Source of the DNA: Desulfatiglandales bacterium
Lineage (GTDB): Bacteria; Desulfobacterota; DSM-4660; Desulfatiglandales; HGW-15
DNA length: 64,000 nucleotides
Direction of reading: 5' to 3'
Assembly: GCA_963667015.2 (NCBI GenBank)
Contig: CAXXJJ010000001.1
Span: 2,432,001 to 2,496,000 of the forward strand
Under the pieces are notes generated by a model. It was not told where the DNA came from. It did no database searches and saw only the letters and a program-made list of their open reading frames with translations. Shown in pieces: positions 38,796-48,596 of this stretch (positions are counted from its first letter, which is position 1; the number at the start of each line of letters is the position of its first letter). The position numbers and the translations under genes were made by a program.

Positions 38796-39896
38796 ATGCC
38801 GGTTCTTCGAATAAAAGAAAAAAAAGATTGCAGATATGATCTTGTCTCTCTCGGAGAGGTAATGCTTCGCTTTGATCCAGGCGAGGGTAGAATCCATACA
38901 TCGAGAAACTTCAGGGTATGGGAAGGCGGGGGAGAATACAATGTCGCCAGGGGGCTGAGAAGATGTTTTAAAATGGATACCGCTGTTGTTACTGCCTTTG
39001 CTGATAATGCAGTGGGAAGGCTGCTTGAAGACTTTATTCTTCAGGGTGGGGTGGACACAGCCTTTATCAAATGGCGTGAATATGACGGCTGCGGACGCGA
39101 GGTCAGGAACGGGCTCAACTTCACGGAAAGGGGCTTCGGAATACGCGGGGCACTGGGGGTATCTGACAGGGGCCATACTGCAGCTTCCCAGATGAAGGCC
39201 GGCGATATTGACTGGGAATATATCTTCGGTAAGTGCGGAGTAAGATGGCTTCATACCGGGGGCATCTTTGCGGCATTATCCGAAACAACGCCTGAAGTTA
39301 TAGAAGAGGCAATGACAGCAGCCAAAAGGCATAATACGATAATATCCTATGACTTAAATTACCGTCCCAGCCTGTGGAAGGCGATCGGCGGTCAGCAGAA
39401 GGCCCAGGAGGTAAACAGGCGTATTGCCCGGTATGTTGATGTAATGATCGGAAATGAAGAGGATTTTACTGCCTGCCTGGGTTATCAGGTAGAAGATGTT
39501 GACAGTAATTTATCAAACCTGAATGTGGAAAAATTCAAAAAAATGATCCGCAAGGTTGTAAAGGATTTTCCCAACTTTAAGATGACTGCAACAACCCTGA
39601 GGACAGTAAAGTCGGCATCGGTTAATGACTGGGGAGCCATCTGCTGGGCGAATGATAACTTCTATCAGGCCACCCAGCGTGACAACCTGGAGATATTTGA
39701 CCGCGTTGGCGGAGGAGACAGTTTTGCCTCGGGCTTTATTTATGGAATGATGATCTTTGATGACCCGGGTAAGGCGGTCGAATATGGCGCTGCCCATGGT
39801 GCCCTGGCCATGACCACTGCCGGTGATACAACCATGGCAAGGCTTTCCGAGGTGGAAAAGCTGGTAAAAGGGGGCGGAGCAAGAGTAGACCGGTGA
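38796..39896 (+). CDS. kdgK: 2-keto-3-deoxygluconate kinase (PfkB family)
   Basis: GEVMLR, GGGEYNVA, DLNYRPSLW, DRVGGGDSF; pathway context. Confidence 0.88.
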   Translation: MPVLRIKEKKDCRYDLVSLGEVMLRFDPGEGRIHTSRNFRVWEGGGEYNVARGLRRCFKMDTAVVTAFADNAVGRLLEDFILQGGVDTAFIKWREYDGCGREVRNGLNFTERGFGIRGALGVSDRGHTAASQMKAGDIDWEYIFGKCGVRWLHTGGIFAALSETTPEVIEEAMTAAKRHNTIISYDLNYRPSLWKAIGGQQKAQEVNRRIARYVDVMIGNEEDFTACLGYQVEDVDSNLSNLNVEKFKKMIRKVVKDFPNFKMTATTLRTVKSASVNDWGAICWANDNFYQATQRDNLEIFDRVGGGDSFASGFIYGMMIFDDPGKAVEYGAAHGALAMTTAGDTTMARLSEVEKLVKGGGARVDR

Positions 39897-39932
39897 TTTT
39901 CTAATGGCTTTAATAAAAGGACCCAGATTAAT

Positions 39933-41324
39933 ATGAGCTTTCTGCACAAAGACAGATTGTTTCCGGCAGAAGAGAAGACACGGGAAATTGCCCGTTCTCT
40001 ATACAGCGGAATAAAGGATCTTCCGATAATAAGCCCGCACGGTCATACTGACCCATCCTGGTATGCGGATGATATTAATTTTAAAAATCCTGCGGAGCTG
40101 TTTATTATACCCGACCATTATCTGGTCAGGATGCTCTGTTCCCAGGGATATACCCATGGTGAAATGGGGATAAAATCCCTTGATGGTTCTGCATATGAGC
40201 CAGATCCCAGAAAGATATGGCAAATCTTTTCTGACAACTATCATTTATTCTACGGTACTCCAACAAGGATGTGGCTCGATCATGTGTTTAGCGAGATATT
40301 TGAAATTGAGCAGGAGCTGGATAAAGACACCGCTGAATTTTACTACAATACAATAAATGAGAAACTAGGCTCGGAAGAGTTCAGGGTAAGGAGCCTCTAT
40401 AAAAAATTCAGGATAGAGGCAATAAGCACAACTGATGAGCCCAACAGTACTCTTTCCTTTCATAAAAAAATACAGGATAAATGGGAAGGAAGGGTGGTCC
40501 CGTGTTTCAGGCCGGATACCATAATCGATCCCATGCATGAATCATTTGTCCCGGAGGTTAATCTGCTGTGCGGAGATAATTCAGCTTACCGGAGCTATCT
40601 CAATGCCATCAGGGAACGCAGGCTGTTTTTTAAGGAGAAGGGGGCGGTTTCAACGGATCACGGGTGTCTTGCGCCATATACCATTGAACTTTCCGAAAAC
40701 CGGATGCAGAAGCTTTTTGATAAGGCGCTTTCCCAAACTATTGAAAAAGAAGAGGCAAGGGATTTTCAGGGGCATATGCTTATAGAGATGGCCCGCATGA
40801 GTGTGGAGGATGGTCTTGTAATGCAGATACATCCCGGTGTTTTCAGAAATCACAGCAGTCTTGTCTATAAACGCTATGGAAGGGATAAGGGTGTGGATAT
40901 TCCAGTTGAAACGGAATATGTAAATTCCTTAAGACCTCTCCTTGAGTGTTACGGCCATGAAAAGAATCTGAAGATTATCATCTTTACACTTGATGATACA
41001 AGGTATACCCGGGAACTTGCGCCTCTTGCAGGCTATTATCCTGTGTTAAAACTCGGCCCGGCCTGGTGGTTTAATGATAGTCCCGAAGGCATGATGCGTT
41101 TCAGGGAGTCGGTGACAGAAACGGCAGGTTTTTATAATACCGTGGGTTTTAATGATGATACCAGGGCCTTTTTAAGCATTCCCGCAAGGCATGATATGGC
41201 AAGGCGTATTGATGCGTCATTCCTGGCCAGACTTGTAGCAGAACACAGGCTGAGTATGGATCAGGCAGAGAGGGTTGCGAAGGACCTTGCCTATAATATC
41301 CCCAGGGAGAGCTATAATTTGTAG
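39933..41324 (+). CDS. uxaC: Glucuronate isomerase
   Basis: PIISPHGH, PDHY, GPAWWFND, DDTRAFLSIPARHD. Confidence 0.95.
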   Translation: MSFLHKDRLFPAEEKTREIARSLYSGIKDLPIISPHGHTDPSWYADDINFKNPAELFIIPDHYLVRMLCSQGYTHGEMGIKSLDGSAYEPDPRKIWQIFSDNYHLFYGTPTRMWLDHVFSEIFEIEQELDKDTAEFYYNTINEKLGSEEFRVRSLYKKFRIEAISTTDEPNSTLSFHKKIQDKWEGRVVPCFRPDTIIDPMHESFVPEVNLLCGDNSAYRSYLNAIRERRLFFKEKGAVSTDHGCLAPYTIELSENRMQKLFDKALSQTIEKEEARDFQGHMLIEMARMSVEDGLVMQIHPGVFRNHSSLVYKRYGRDKGVDIPVETEYVNSLRPLLECYGHEKNLKIIIFTLDDTRYTRELAPLAGYYPVLKLGPAWWFNDSPEGMMRFRESVTETAGFYNTVGFNDDTRAFLSIPARHDMARRIDASFLARLVAEHRLSMDQAERVAKDLAYNIPRESYNL

Positions 41325-41891
41325 ATGGTGAATATCGGAAGAGGGCAGGTGCAAACACACACAATCTACACCATAGGACACTCCAATCAGGATGTGGAAA
41401 GCTTTATTGAATTACTCAAGAGAAACTCAATAGAGGTTGTGGTTGATGTGCGTTCCAGTCCCTATTCAAAATATGCCTCACAATTTAATAAGAGTGAGAT
41501 TCAGAAGGTTATTCAAAGTAACTGGATAAAATACCTGTTTATGGGGCAGGAAATAGGCGGAAAGCCCGCGGATACACAATTCTATGATTCTGAAGGATAC
41601 GTGCTCTATTCACATATCGCTGAATCGCCAGAGTTTATAGAGGGTGTCCAGCGGCTGTTAAAGGGAATAAAACAGTATAGAGTTGCCCTGATGTGCAGCG
41701 AGGAAAATCCTGAAACCTGCCACCGAAGACTTTTAATCGGAAGGGTGCTGTCTGATCATGGAGTAGATGTACTGCATATTAGAAGTGACAGCAGTATTCA
41801 GGCGGAAGAGGATTTTAGCAGCGCACAGCAGAGCATCTTTAACGAGGATAACAGGGCCTGGAAATCTACAAGGCCGGTATTAAAATTATAG
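41325..41891 (+). CDS. DUF488 family protein
   Basis: IYTIGHS, DVRSSPYS, LMCSEE...CHR. Confidence 0.88.
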   Translation: MVNIGRGQVQTHTIYTIGHSNQDVESFIELLKRNSIEVVVDVRSSPYSKYASQFNKSEIQKVIQSNWIKYLFMGQEIGGKPADTQFYDSEGYVLYSHIAESPEFIEGVQRLLKGIKQYRVALMCSEENPETCHRRLLIGRVLSDHGVDVLHIRSDSSIQAEEDFSSAQQSIFNEDNRAWKSTRPVLKL

Positions 41892-41929
41892 CTAAAACCA
41901 ATAACCCACAATTTTAAGGAGAAATTATC

Positions 41930-42520
41930 ATGAGAGTTTTAAAAAACCGAATTTCCTTTTCCTGCTTATTATTTGTAATGTTTCTGGGTACGACATTAAT
42001 GGCAGGGTGCGCCGTAAAGACTAATCCCGAGTATGCAAAAATGCTGGACCGGGTAGCGATAGAGGACATGATAGTAAAATATTATGTTGATATGGGGGCA
42101 GGGAAGCATCATGATCTGGCTATGTACTATACAGAAGATGCAATCCTCGATGTAAACAGCACTGTTGCAAAGGGCCGCGATGAAATAGAAAAAATGTATG
42201 CAGGTGCAGGTGACAGCGGGGAGGCCCCTTTCAGTGGAAAAATGCACATGCTGCTCAACAATGCCATTATCGATGTTGATGGAGATACTGCAACAGCATG
42301 GTTCATATGGACCGGTGTCTTAAACTATGATATCACAAAGCCACCGCGCTTTCAGGAACAGGGGCGTGAGTATGACAAGCTTGTGAAGATCGATGGCCGC
42401 TGGTATATCAAGGAAAGGTATATCACAGCTGACAGTGCATTACCTGCAATGTGGGAAAAGACCTATAAACCGAGGACTTTCAGAAAGAAAGAAGGCCGGC
42501 ATCGATCGGCCGGATCTTAA
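41930..42520 (+). CDS. SnoaL/NTF2-like lipoprotein
   Basis: MAGC lipobox; DRVAIEDM..YTEDA..GRDEI..DGDTATA..GRWYI. Confidence 0.75.
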   Translation: MRVLKNRISFSCLLFVMFLGTTLMAGCAVKTNPEYAKMLDRVAIEDMIVKYYVDMGAGKHHDLAMYYTEDAILDVNSTVAKGRDEIEKMYAGAGDSGEAPFSGKMHMLLNNAIIDVDGDTATAWFIWTGVLNYDITKPPRFQEQGREYDKLVKIDGRWYIKERYITADSALPAMWEKTYKPRTFRKKEGRHRSAGS

Positions 42521-42523
42521 ACC

Positions 42524-42567
42524 TTTACCCTGTTAAATTCCGAGAGGTGAGATTTAACAGGGTGAAT
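42524..42567. repeat. TTACCCTGTTAAAT...ATTTAACAGGGTGAA hairpin (REP-like)
   Basis: Perfect 12-bp stem accctgttaaat/atttaacagggt; sister copy at 8679. Confidence 0.8.
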
Positions 42568-42615
42568 TTTGATGTTCTTGTATAAAAAAATAAAAATTAT
42601 CTATTTCTATTATGC

Positions 42616-42957
42616 AAGCGCACAGGCAAACAATGGGTATATAACAAACCTCGGGCTCAAAAACGTTTCTCTCCTGCTTCTACCTTTAAAATCCCCCATG
42701 CCTTATTTGCTCTTGAAGCAGGCGTTGTTAAAGACGAATTCCAGGTTTTTAAATAGGATGGTAAAAAAAGATCTTATGATTCCTGGAACAGGGATCAGGA
42801 TCTTCGGTCATCAATGAGGGATTCTGTTGTACGGGTGGAACACCCGGATGGAGCAGTGTTTTTTGCCCTTAATATCGATACTGCTAAAGATGAGGACCTG
42901 CCTAAGCGGATAGAAATTTTAAAGGCTGTTCTTCGGTCTATAAAGGCCTTTAAATAA
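42616..42957 (+). pseudogene. Class D beta-lactamase (OXA-like) relic
   Basis: Frame absent from the ORF track: RFSPASTFKIPHALFALEAG..EFQVFK*DG..QDLRSSMRDSVV|RVEHPDGAVFFALNID; TAG at 42754; no N-terminus; YGN and KTG motifs deleted. Confidence 0.88.
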
Positions 42958-43148
42958 AGGGTTCAAGGAGTCAAGGTTTCCAGGGTTCGAGTGAAAAGCG
43001 TCTTTGAGCTTGTCATTTCGACCAGAGGGAGAAATCTTGTATTAAAAGAAAGTGAGTACAGTCAGATTTCTTCTTTCAGTCGAAATGACAAATAGGGATA
43101 ATTGAGTATTTAATATGCCCTTGAACCCCTGAAACCCTTGAACCTTTT
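42957..43148. repeat. Nested elements: 8-nt periodic inverted arms enclosing a TGTCATTTCGAC...GTCGAAATGACA hairpin
   Basis: Outer gggttcaa-ggagtcaa-ggtttcca-gggttcga / ccttgaacccctgaaacccttgaacc; inner arms 43011-43037 and 43064-43090. Confidence 0.8.
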
Positions 43149-43151
43149 TAT

Positions 43152-44918
43152 TTACCCCAAATACCTCTTTATATCATAATAACCCGCATGACGCGCCAAT
43201 GCTCCAAAACTCCCGAGTGTAAGGCCGCTGGGAGGTGCATGTCCAATCTCGCTGACTCCATAAAAGCACCCGCAGTCATGCATGGTATTTTTATTGAAAA
43301 CCATGGTTCCCTGGCTTCCGTTGCATGCCTCTTCAACCCAGGTAAAGAGATATACCTCGTCACGCAGTTTCACATATTTGCATGGTGAACTCCACATCAT
43401 ACCGGGTACGTTATTTTTGTAAAATATTGTCCATGTATATGAATAGGGTGTTGTATAAACGTGTATGGATGTCATGAAATCGCTGTATGCCCATGCAAAG
43501 GAACACCCTACCAGCTCATCCGTGAATTTGTGCCTGAGAATATCAGGAGCCTTGATTCCATCCATCTCAATAACTCCGAACAGCACCTCCTGTGATACCT
43601 CGTTTGCCATGTATTCGGAACCGAGTTTTGAATTAACACAGGTAGTGAGTCCTGTGGTAAAGTCCAGGACAATATAAACACTCTCATGAGTCCTTTTATC
43701 GCTTCTGGGGTTGCAGAAGGCTATCATATCCTCAGCCGGTTCAAAGGCTTCATACGGCTCTTCATGCCATATATCTTCACCTTCACAGCAGTATCTGAGT
43801 TTCCTGACCTCATCAAATTTATATTTCCACACGGGACCTCCGCTATCGTAGCGCACAGTTAGCTCTTTACCAACAAGGTAATCGGAAAGAGGCATTTTGT
43901 TGCGGCTCATGCCGGAATCCATGATACCTGCGTCAGCAAAGGGTGCCGGGCTCTGCCGGACAATTTCCTTAACCCTTTCTTCGGATAATGGCGGATGAGC
44001 CTTAAAGGGTCGGTATACCGGCCTGAATCCTTTTTGTGATCCAGGCGCGGGTGGAGAGGAAGGCGGTTCGGCGCCTTCCGATAAAGGCGGCATATTCATT
44101 TCATAAATAATTTTTTTACCATGATCATTAAAAAGCTGGTACTGGGCTATCTGGCCTGTTATCTCTCCTTTTCCCCTGAACATGTAATATTCAAGGTCAT
44201 CCTTTTCGTTAAACCCGAGCCTTACCCCAGCCTGTTTTAAGGTGAAGAGGTCAACAACATACATGGTCATAATGCCGGAGAATTCGCACTCAATCCTGTC
44301 ATATAAAAAGATGTTTTCATCCAGCTGGATAAAGTCAGAAGGTGCACAGAAGGTAAGTTCTCCATTGTGCCGGGTCAGTTCCACAAATGATGAGTATGTA
44401 ACTGAAGGGAAAAACTCAAGGGTTTCGGTCCCCCTGTCATCTGTCCAGTGAAAACCCTTGCCCGATATCCTGTTTGTAATGTGGTGCCGTTCAGCTGGAG
44501 CATCTGATCCATTATCGATATATCCATAGTATATCTCACGCTGGAGCTCTCTTTTGTCTTCAGATCCGCTGAACCATACCTCTATAACACTGGCCAGACA
44601 GGATTTCTGGTCAAGGGCTATGCAGTAACCCTTTTGAGTTCCGGGGATCATATGTGAAATGAAAACAACCTCTTTTAAAGTTAATGCACCATATCCGCAT
44701 TCAATACTGCTTTCACCATTTTCTGAAAGGGAAAGGGTATTTGTGTTCTTAAAGGAATATTCAAGAGACGGCCCTCTATCAGTTACAATCTTAATGGATT
44801 TGCCGGCAAGAGCATTCGAATACTCGGAAGCACAATCAGGGCCGGTCTTAACTGATGCAAGTTTTTCATCAATCTGTTCTGTGGTGAGTTTTGTAAACTG
44901 AAATCTGTGCATTAACAT
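43152..44918 (-). CDS. MoaF-like protein with duplicated N/C domain pairs
   Basis: Two similar halves (LAGKSIKI../LVGKELTV..; HHITNRISGK../HKFTDELVGC..; KLRDEVYLFTWVE); ATG 44918 with GGAGGA RBS. Confidence 0.6.
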   Translation of the reverse strand: MLMHRFQFTKLTTEQIDEKLASVKTGPDCASEYSNALAGKSIKIVTDRGPSLEYSFKNTNTLSLSENGESSIECGYGALTLKEVVFISHMIPGTQKGYCIALDQKSCLASVIEVWFSGSEDKRELQREIYYGYIDNGSDAPAERHHITNRISGKGFHWTDDRGTETLEFFPSVTYSSFVELTRHNGELTFCAPSDFIQLDENIFLYDRIECEFSGIMTMYVVDLFTLKQAGVRLGFNEKDDLEYYMFRGKGEITGQIAQYQLFNDHGKKIIYEMNMPPLSEGAEPPSSPPAPGSQKGFRPVYRPFKAHPPLSEERVKEIVRQSPAPFADAGIMDSGMSRNKMPLSDYLVGKELTVRYDSGGPVWKYKFDEVRKLRYCCEGEDIWHEEPYEAFEPAEDMIAFCNPRSDKRTHESVYIVLDFTTGLTTCVNSKLGSEYMANEVSQEVLFGVIEMDGIKAPDILRHKFTDELVGCSFAWAYSDFMTSIHVYTTPYSYTWTIFYKNNVPGMMWSSPCKYVKLRDEVYLFTWVEEACNGSQGTMVFNKNTMHDCGCFYGVSEIGHAPPSGLTLGSFGALARHAGYYDIKRYLG

Positions 44919-44999
44919 GTTGAGTCCTCCTCTATGATAGGTGTAAGCGAGATGATATGGAATCAATATTTGAGTGTCAAGCAGAAGCATAATACTTTT

Positions 45000-45117
45000 T
45001 TCTCTGCCCGCTACGCTGGAGCCCGCATCCTCCGACGCTCAGCTTTGGCGAGACAGGGAGATTCCAGAGAGAAATGATTATCTCTATATATGTAGGGGCC
45101 GACCCCTGTGTCTGCCC
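45000..45117. repeat. Cluster of REP-like elements
   Basis: tccgacgctcagctttggcgagacagg (related to 46995-47026) inside tctctg..cagaga arms; GTAGGGGCCGACCCCTGTGTCTGCCC at 45092-45117. Confidence 0.6.
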
Positions 45118-45255
45118 GTGGTAAATCCATATATCTATATGTGATATTTTGATCTTGATTTCTCTATGGCACCGCATTCTTAAGACTATAAATCACCGCT
45201 TCTGAAAACTGTTGACATCATTTTCTTCATTTCTCATAATGCCCTTGCCTCTGGC

Positions 45256-45540
45256 GTGTTATTCTTGCAACTAAATGGATTGTGGTTTGCCATTATGGAA
45301 GGAGAACCGCTTTCTGAAAAGACATATAACCATATTGCCTTAAAGATAGCTGAAACAGATCTTGGACAATATGTAGAACGCGTAAAATCCCTGGGGCTTG
45401 AGGTTTTGTATGACCGAAGCCGTATAAGCGGGGAAGGGAAATCATTTTATTTTTATGATTATGACAATCATCTTTTTGAACTGCATACGGGGACTTTAGA
45501 TAAGCGTCTTGAAACCTATAAAGGGAAGGACACAATTTAA
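45256..45540 (+). pseudogene. fosX: FosX/FosB-like fosfomycin-resistance VOC protein, 5'-truncated
   Basis: GLWFAIMEG..TYNHIA..GEGKSFYFYDYDNHLFELHTGTL; lacks the N-terminal GLSHITL region and a clear RBS. Confidence 0.8.
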
Positions 45541-45578
45541 ACCGTAGACAGCCGTGTATAAGTTTATTTTTCAATTAA

Positions 45579-46214
45579 ATGTCAGGCCTTCACAAAATGA
45601 GAAAATATATATTGCTAATTATGTCACTGTTTATCTTCTTAATGCCGGCATTTATTTTTTGTGATGAGCCAATTGAAAATATCACAAATGGACACAGGTA
45701 TTTTGTGCCCCTCGGGAATGATAGAACAACTGATTACAATAAACTTAAAAAACGTATAACAGGGCGATATGGAGATTACAGAAAAAGTAATGTGCCGGGT
45801 CACAGACACTCGGGCATAGACCTAGAGGGGAAATTCAATGAGCCGGTATATTCGATAGGTGATGGGACTGTAACGCATATCTTCAGGAAATTTCCTCATA
45901 AAACAGTATATATCCTTCATGATAACAGCGGAGGCAAGCCATTTTATTCAGCCTATATTCATGTTGAGGATATAAAGGTCAGAATAGGGGACCGGGTCAC
46001 AAAAGATACTGTTATCGCCAGGATCTTTAATGAAGAAGAATTAAATGCCTCAAACTTCGGGACCCCGCCTCACCTGCATTTTGAAATAAGACTCAGCATT
46101 GATGATAATGGTGCTGCATCCTATAATAGTATGAATATCAGCGGTTTAAATAAGTATTGTATGGACCCGTCATTATTTTTTGAAAAAACATTAAAAGGAA
46201 GGAGAACACCATGA
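45579..46214 (+). CDS. M23 family metallopeptidase, secreted
   Basis: HSGID (HxxxD) and PHLHFE (HxH); signal peptide. Confidence 0.85.
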   Translation: MSGLHKMRKYILLIMSLFIFLMPAFIFCDEPIENITNGHRYFVPLGNDRTTDYNKLKKRITGRYGDYRKSNVPGHRHSGIDLEGKFNEPVYSIGDGTVTHIFRKFPHKTVYILHDNSGGKPFYSAYIHVEDIKVRIGDRVTKDTVIARIFNEEELNASNFGTPPHLHFEIRLSIDDNGAASYNSMNISGLNKYCMDPSLFFEKTLKGRRTP

Positions 46215-46936
46215 GTAATAATAATCAGGGAGGGTTTTTCTTTATGGGACTGTTTGTTGCCATAGGAATAGCTCTGGGTGGTTATTTTGTCGGACAGACC
46301 ATGTTTAATGCAAAGGTAGCTTTGAATACTGCAGAGGCTAAAGGACTGGCAGAGCGGCGGGTAAAGGCGGACCGTGCCAACTGGAATATTGGATATATTG
46401 TGAAAGGAAAAGATAAGGCGGAAATTCCGGAGATGTATGAACAGGCAGAGCAAAACCAGCAGACGATCGTTAAAATGCTAAAGGAAAACGGATTTGATGA
46501 CAATGAAATAGCGACAGGTGTGCTTGATTACAGATATCAGGAGTTTCGTGATGAGAATAATAAACTGGCTGATCAGGCTCACTCGCTGCACGGAAATATC
46601 ACTGTTGAGACGCAAAGGGTCGAGCAGGTAAGCAGGGCACGTTCAAACGTCAGTAAATTGATTGCCCAGGGAATAGATCTCGAAAACAGGGCTCCTGTAT
46701 ACAGCTTTACAAAACTCAATGAAATTAAACCTGATATGCTTCGTGAGGCGACTAAAAATGCGCGTATTGCAGCAAATGAATTTGCTGAAAATGCGGGTGT
46801 AAATGTTGGAGGTATTCGAAGTGCGTATCAGGGCAGTTTTTTCATCCGCGATGCAGGTGAAGAATATGGCGATACCAGGAAGATTGATAAAGATGTTCGG
46901 GTTGTAACTACTATTACTTTCTATTTGACGGAGTAG
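46211..46936 (+). CDS. SIMPL (DUF541) domain protein
   Basis: KGLAERRVKAD, LNEIKPDMLREATKNAR..GGIRSAYQG. Confidence 0.88.
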   Translation: MSNNNQGGFFFMGLFVAIGIALGGYFVGQTMFNAKVALNTAEAKGLAERRVKADRANWNIGYIVKGKDKAEIPEMYEQAEQNQQTIVKMLKENGFDDNEIATGVLDYRYQEFRDENNKLADQAHSLHGNITVETQRVEQVSRARSNVSKLIAQGIDLENRAPVYSFTKLNEIKPDMLREATKNARIAANEFAENAGVNVGGIRSAYQGSFFIRDAGEEYGDTRKIDKDVRVVTTITFYLTE

Positions 46937-46979
46937 ACAAAAGAAAAATCTATATATTCTATAAGAAATTGAAAATATA

Positions 46980-47037
46980 TAGAGACAGGTTTGATCCGTC
47001 TTCGCAAAAGCTTCGCCGCGACAAGGGCCTGTCTCTA
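46980..47037. repeat. TAGAGACAGG...CCTGTCTCTA hairpin with a second element inserted in its loop
   Basis: Perfect 10-bp arms; loop carries tccgtcttcgcaaaagcttcgccgcgacaagg. Confidence 0.7.
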
Positions 47038-47141
47038 AAGCCGTTATGTCCGTGCAGGGGGAAGGGAATTTGCTGAAATCCCACCCCAAAGAAAACAATA
47101 AATAAAGATGAAGATCGGAAAAGAGGGTTGTTTCCTGGTTT

Positions 47142-48596
47142 TTATGATTCAGGGTCCCAGCCTCCGCCAAGGGCCTTATAGAGCCGGATGAGATCCATTG
47201 TAATCTTTCCCTGGCTGCTTATCTGTGTTTCCTCAAATGACAGCAGTGCGCGCTGAGCATCCAGAACAACTAAAAAATCAACCAGCCCGGACCGAAAGCG
47301 TTCATCTGCAGTATCAAGTGCCGATCGGGCCTCAGCAGTTCCTTTCTTCAGTATCCTGTAACGTTTCTGCTCTTCGCCGTAGGCCGTAATAGCATCCCGG
47401 ACTTCTTTGATCGCATCAAGCACTGTGGTTTCATATTCAATAAGGGCACGTTCCTGAATAGCGTCCTGGATCTCGATCTGGTCCCGGATTTTTTTGCGGT
47501 TAAAGAGGGGTACGCTGATAAACGGTGAAATGCTGAGAGCCGCATTTTCATCCGAAAAAAAGTTGTCCATAGAATATGCGGTCAGTCCCAGAGATCCGCT
47601 CAGGTTTAAGGAAGGATAGAGATCGGCAGTGGCCGACCCAACCCGTGCGGTCTGAGCCGCCAGCGCCCTTTCTGCATGCCGTATGTCCGGTCTGCGGCGA
47701 AGGATGTCTGATGGAATACCTGCAATTATTTCAACCCCTGGGACAGGTATGGGAGCTGTTTCTGAAAGTTCTTCGTGAAGTTTTCCCGGCATTTCCCCGA
47801 TAAGGATAGCCAGCGTGTTAAGAGTTCCTTCTATGCTGGTCCTGTATCCAGGGATGCGCGACCGGGTATTTTCAACATTATATCTGGCCTGCTGAACCTG
47901 CAGCGAGCCGATCAGTCCTGCAGCTGCCTTGTCCTCCAGGACAGACAGGGCTTTTTCCTGCATCTCCAGGTTACGACTGACAATTTCCAGTTGCTTTTGC
48001 AGGGTCCGCAGATTCACGTAATTGCTGGCAATTTCCGAGACCATACTGATCAGAACGCTTCGGTATCCTTCCTCTGATGCATCGAGATCAGCTGCTGCAG
48101 CTTCTATACTGCGGTGTTTTTTCCCAAATAGATCAATCTCCCAGGATGCATCGAAACCGGCATCATAGTAATCGCTGCCCACAGAAAATGCTGAGGGCTC
48201 AGGGTCTTCGGCAGTAGGTGCTCCGGATTGGTTTCTTCTATACAGTGTCGATCCGGTGACAGAAGGGCGGAGTCCCTTATCTGCAGCACCCAGTATAGCC
48301 CTGGCCTGTCTGATCCGGGTAAGGGCAATTTTGAGATCTTTGTTGCTGGACAGCCCTCTTTTTATAAGATCGCTCAGCATAGGGTCTTCAAGCGTGGTCC
48401 ACCATTGCGCCAGGCTGTCAGTTTCTGCTGTCTGTACTATGGAGCCTTCCTGACTTTCAGCAGAAGGCCATTCCGCAGGCATGTCCACTCTGACAGGTTT
48501 ATAATCTGTGCCTACAGTGCATCCCGTGCAAACTGCAAAGAGGAGCAGGGCAACAAATAATTTGATTTTACTGTTTTCTTTTTTCCTATTCATCAT
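47142..48596 (-). CDS. RND efflux outer-membrane lipoprotein (NodT/OprM family)
   Basis: CTGC lipobox, ASWEIDLFG, RRRPDIRHAE, LYKALGGGW. Confidence 0.92.
   Translation of the reverse strand: MMNRKKENSKIKLFVALLLFAVCTGCTVGTDYKPVRVDMPAEWPSAESQEGSIVQTAETDSLAQWWTTLEDPMLSDLIKRGLSSNKDLKIALTRIRQARAILGAADKGLRPSVTGSTLYRRNQSGAPTAEDPEPSAFSVGSDYYDAGFDASWEIDLFGKKHRSIEAAAADLDASEEGYRSVLISMVSEIASNYVNLRTLQKQLEIVSRNLEMQEKALSVLEDKAAAGLIGSLQVQQARYNVENTRSRIPGYRTSIEGTLNTLAILIGEMPGKLHEELSETAPIPVPGVEIIAGIPSDILRRRPDIRHAERALAAQTARVGSATADLYPSLNLSGSLGLTAYSMDNFFSDENAALSISPFISVPLFNRKKIRDQIEIQDAIQERALIEYETTVLDAIKEVRDAITAYGEEQKRYRILKKGTAEARSALDTADERFRSGLVDFLVVLDAQRALLSFEETQISSQGKITMDLIRLYKALGGGWDPES

Noticed and set aside
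42754..42756. TAG readthrough (pyrrolysine or recoding) in the OXA frame
   Set aside because: It replaces a conserved Trp in a gene that also lacks essential motifs, and TAG is a normal stop elsewhere in the window.
42569..42817. 82-aa ORF in the track
   Set aside because: Wrong frame; the real signal is the OXA relic in another frame.
41325..47140. Integron cassette array (short same-strand genes, resistance relics, hairpins)
   Set aside because: No intI; the hairpins lack RYYYAAC..GTTRRRY attC ends.
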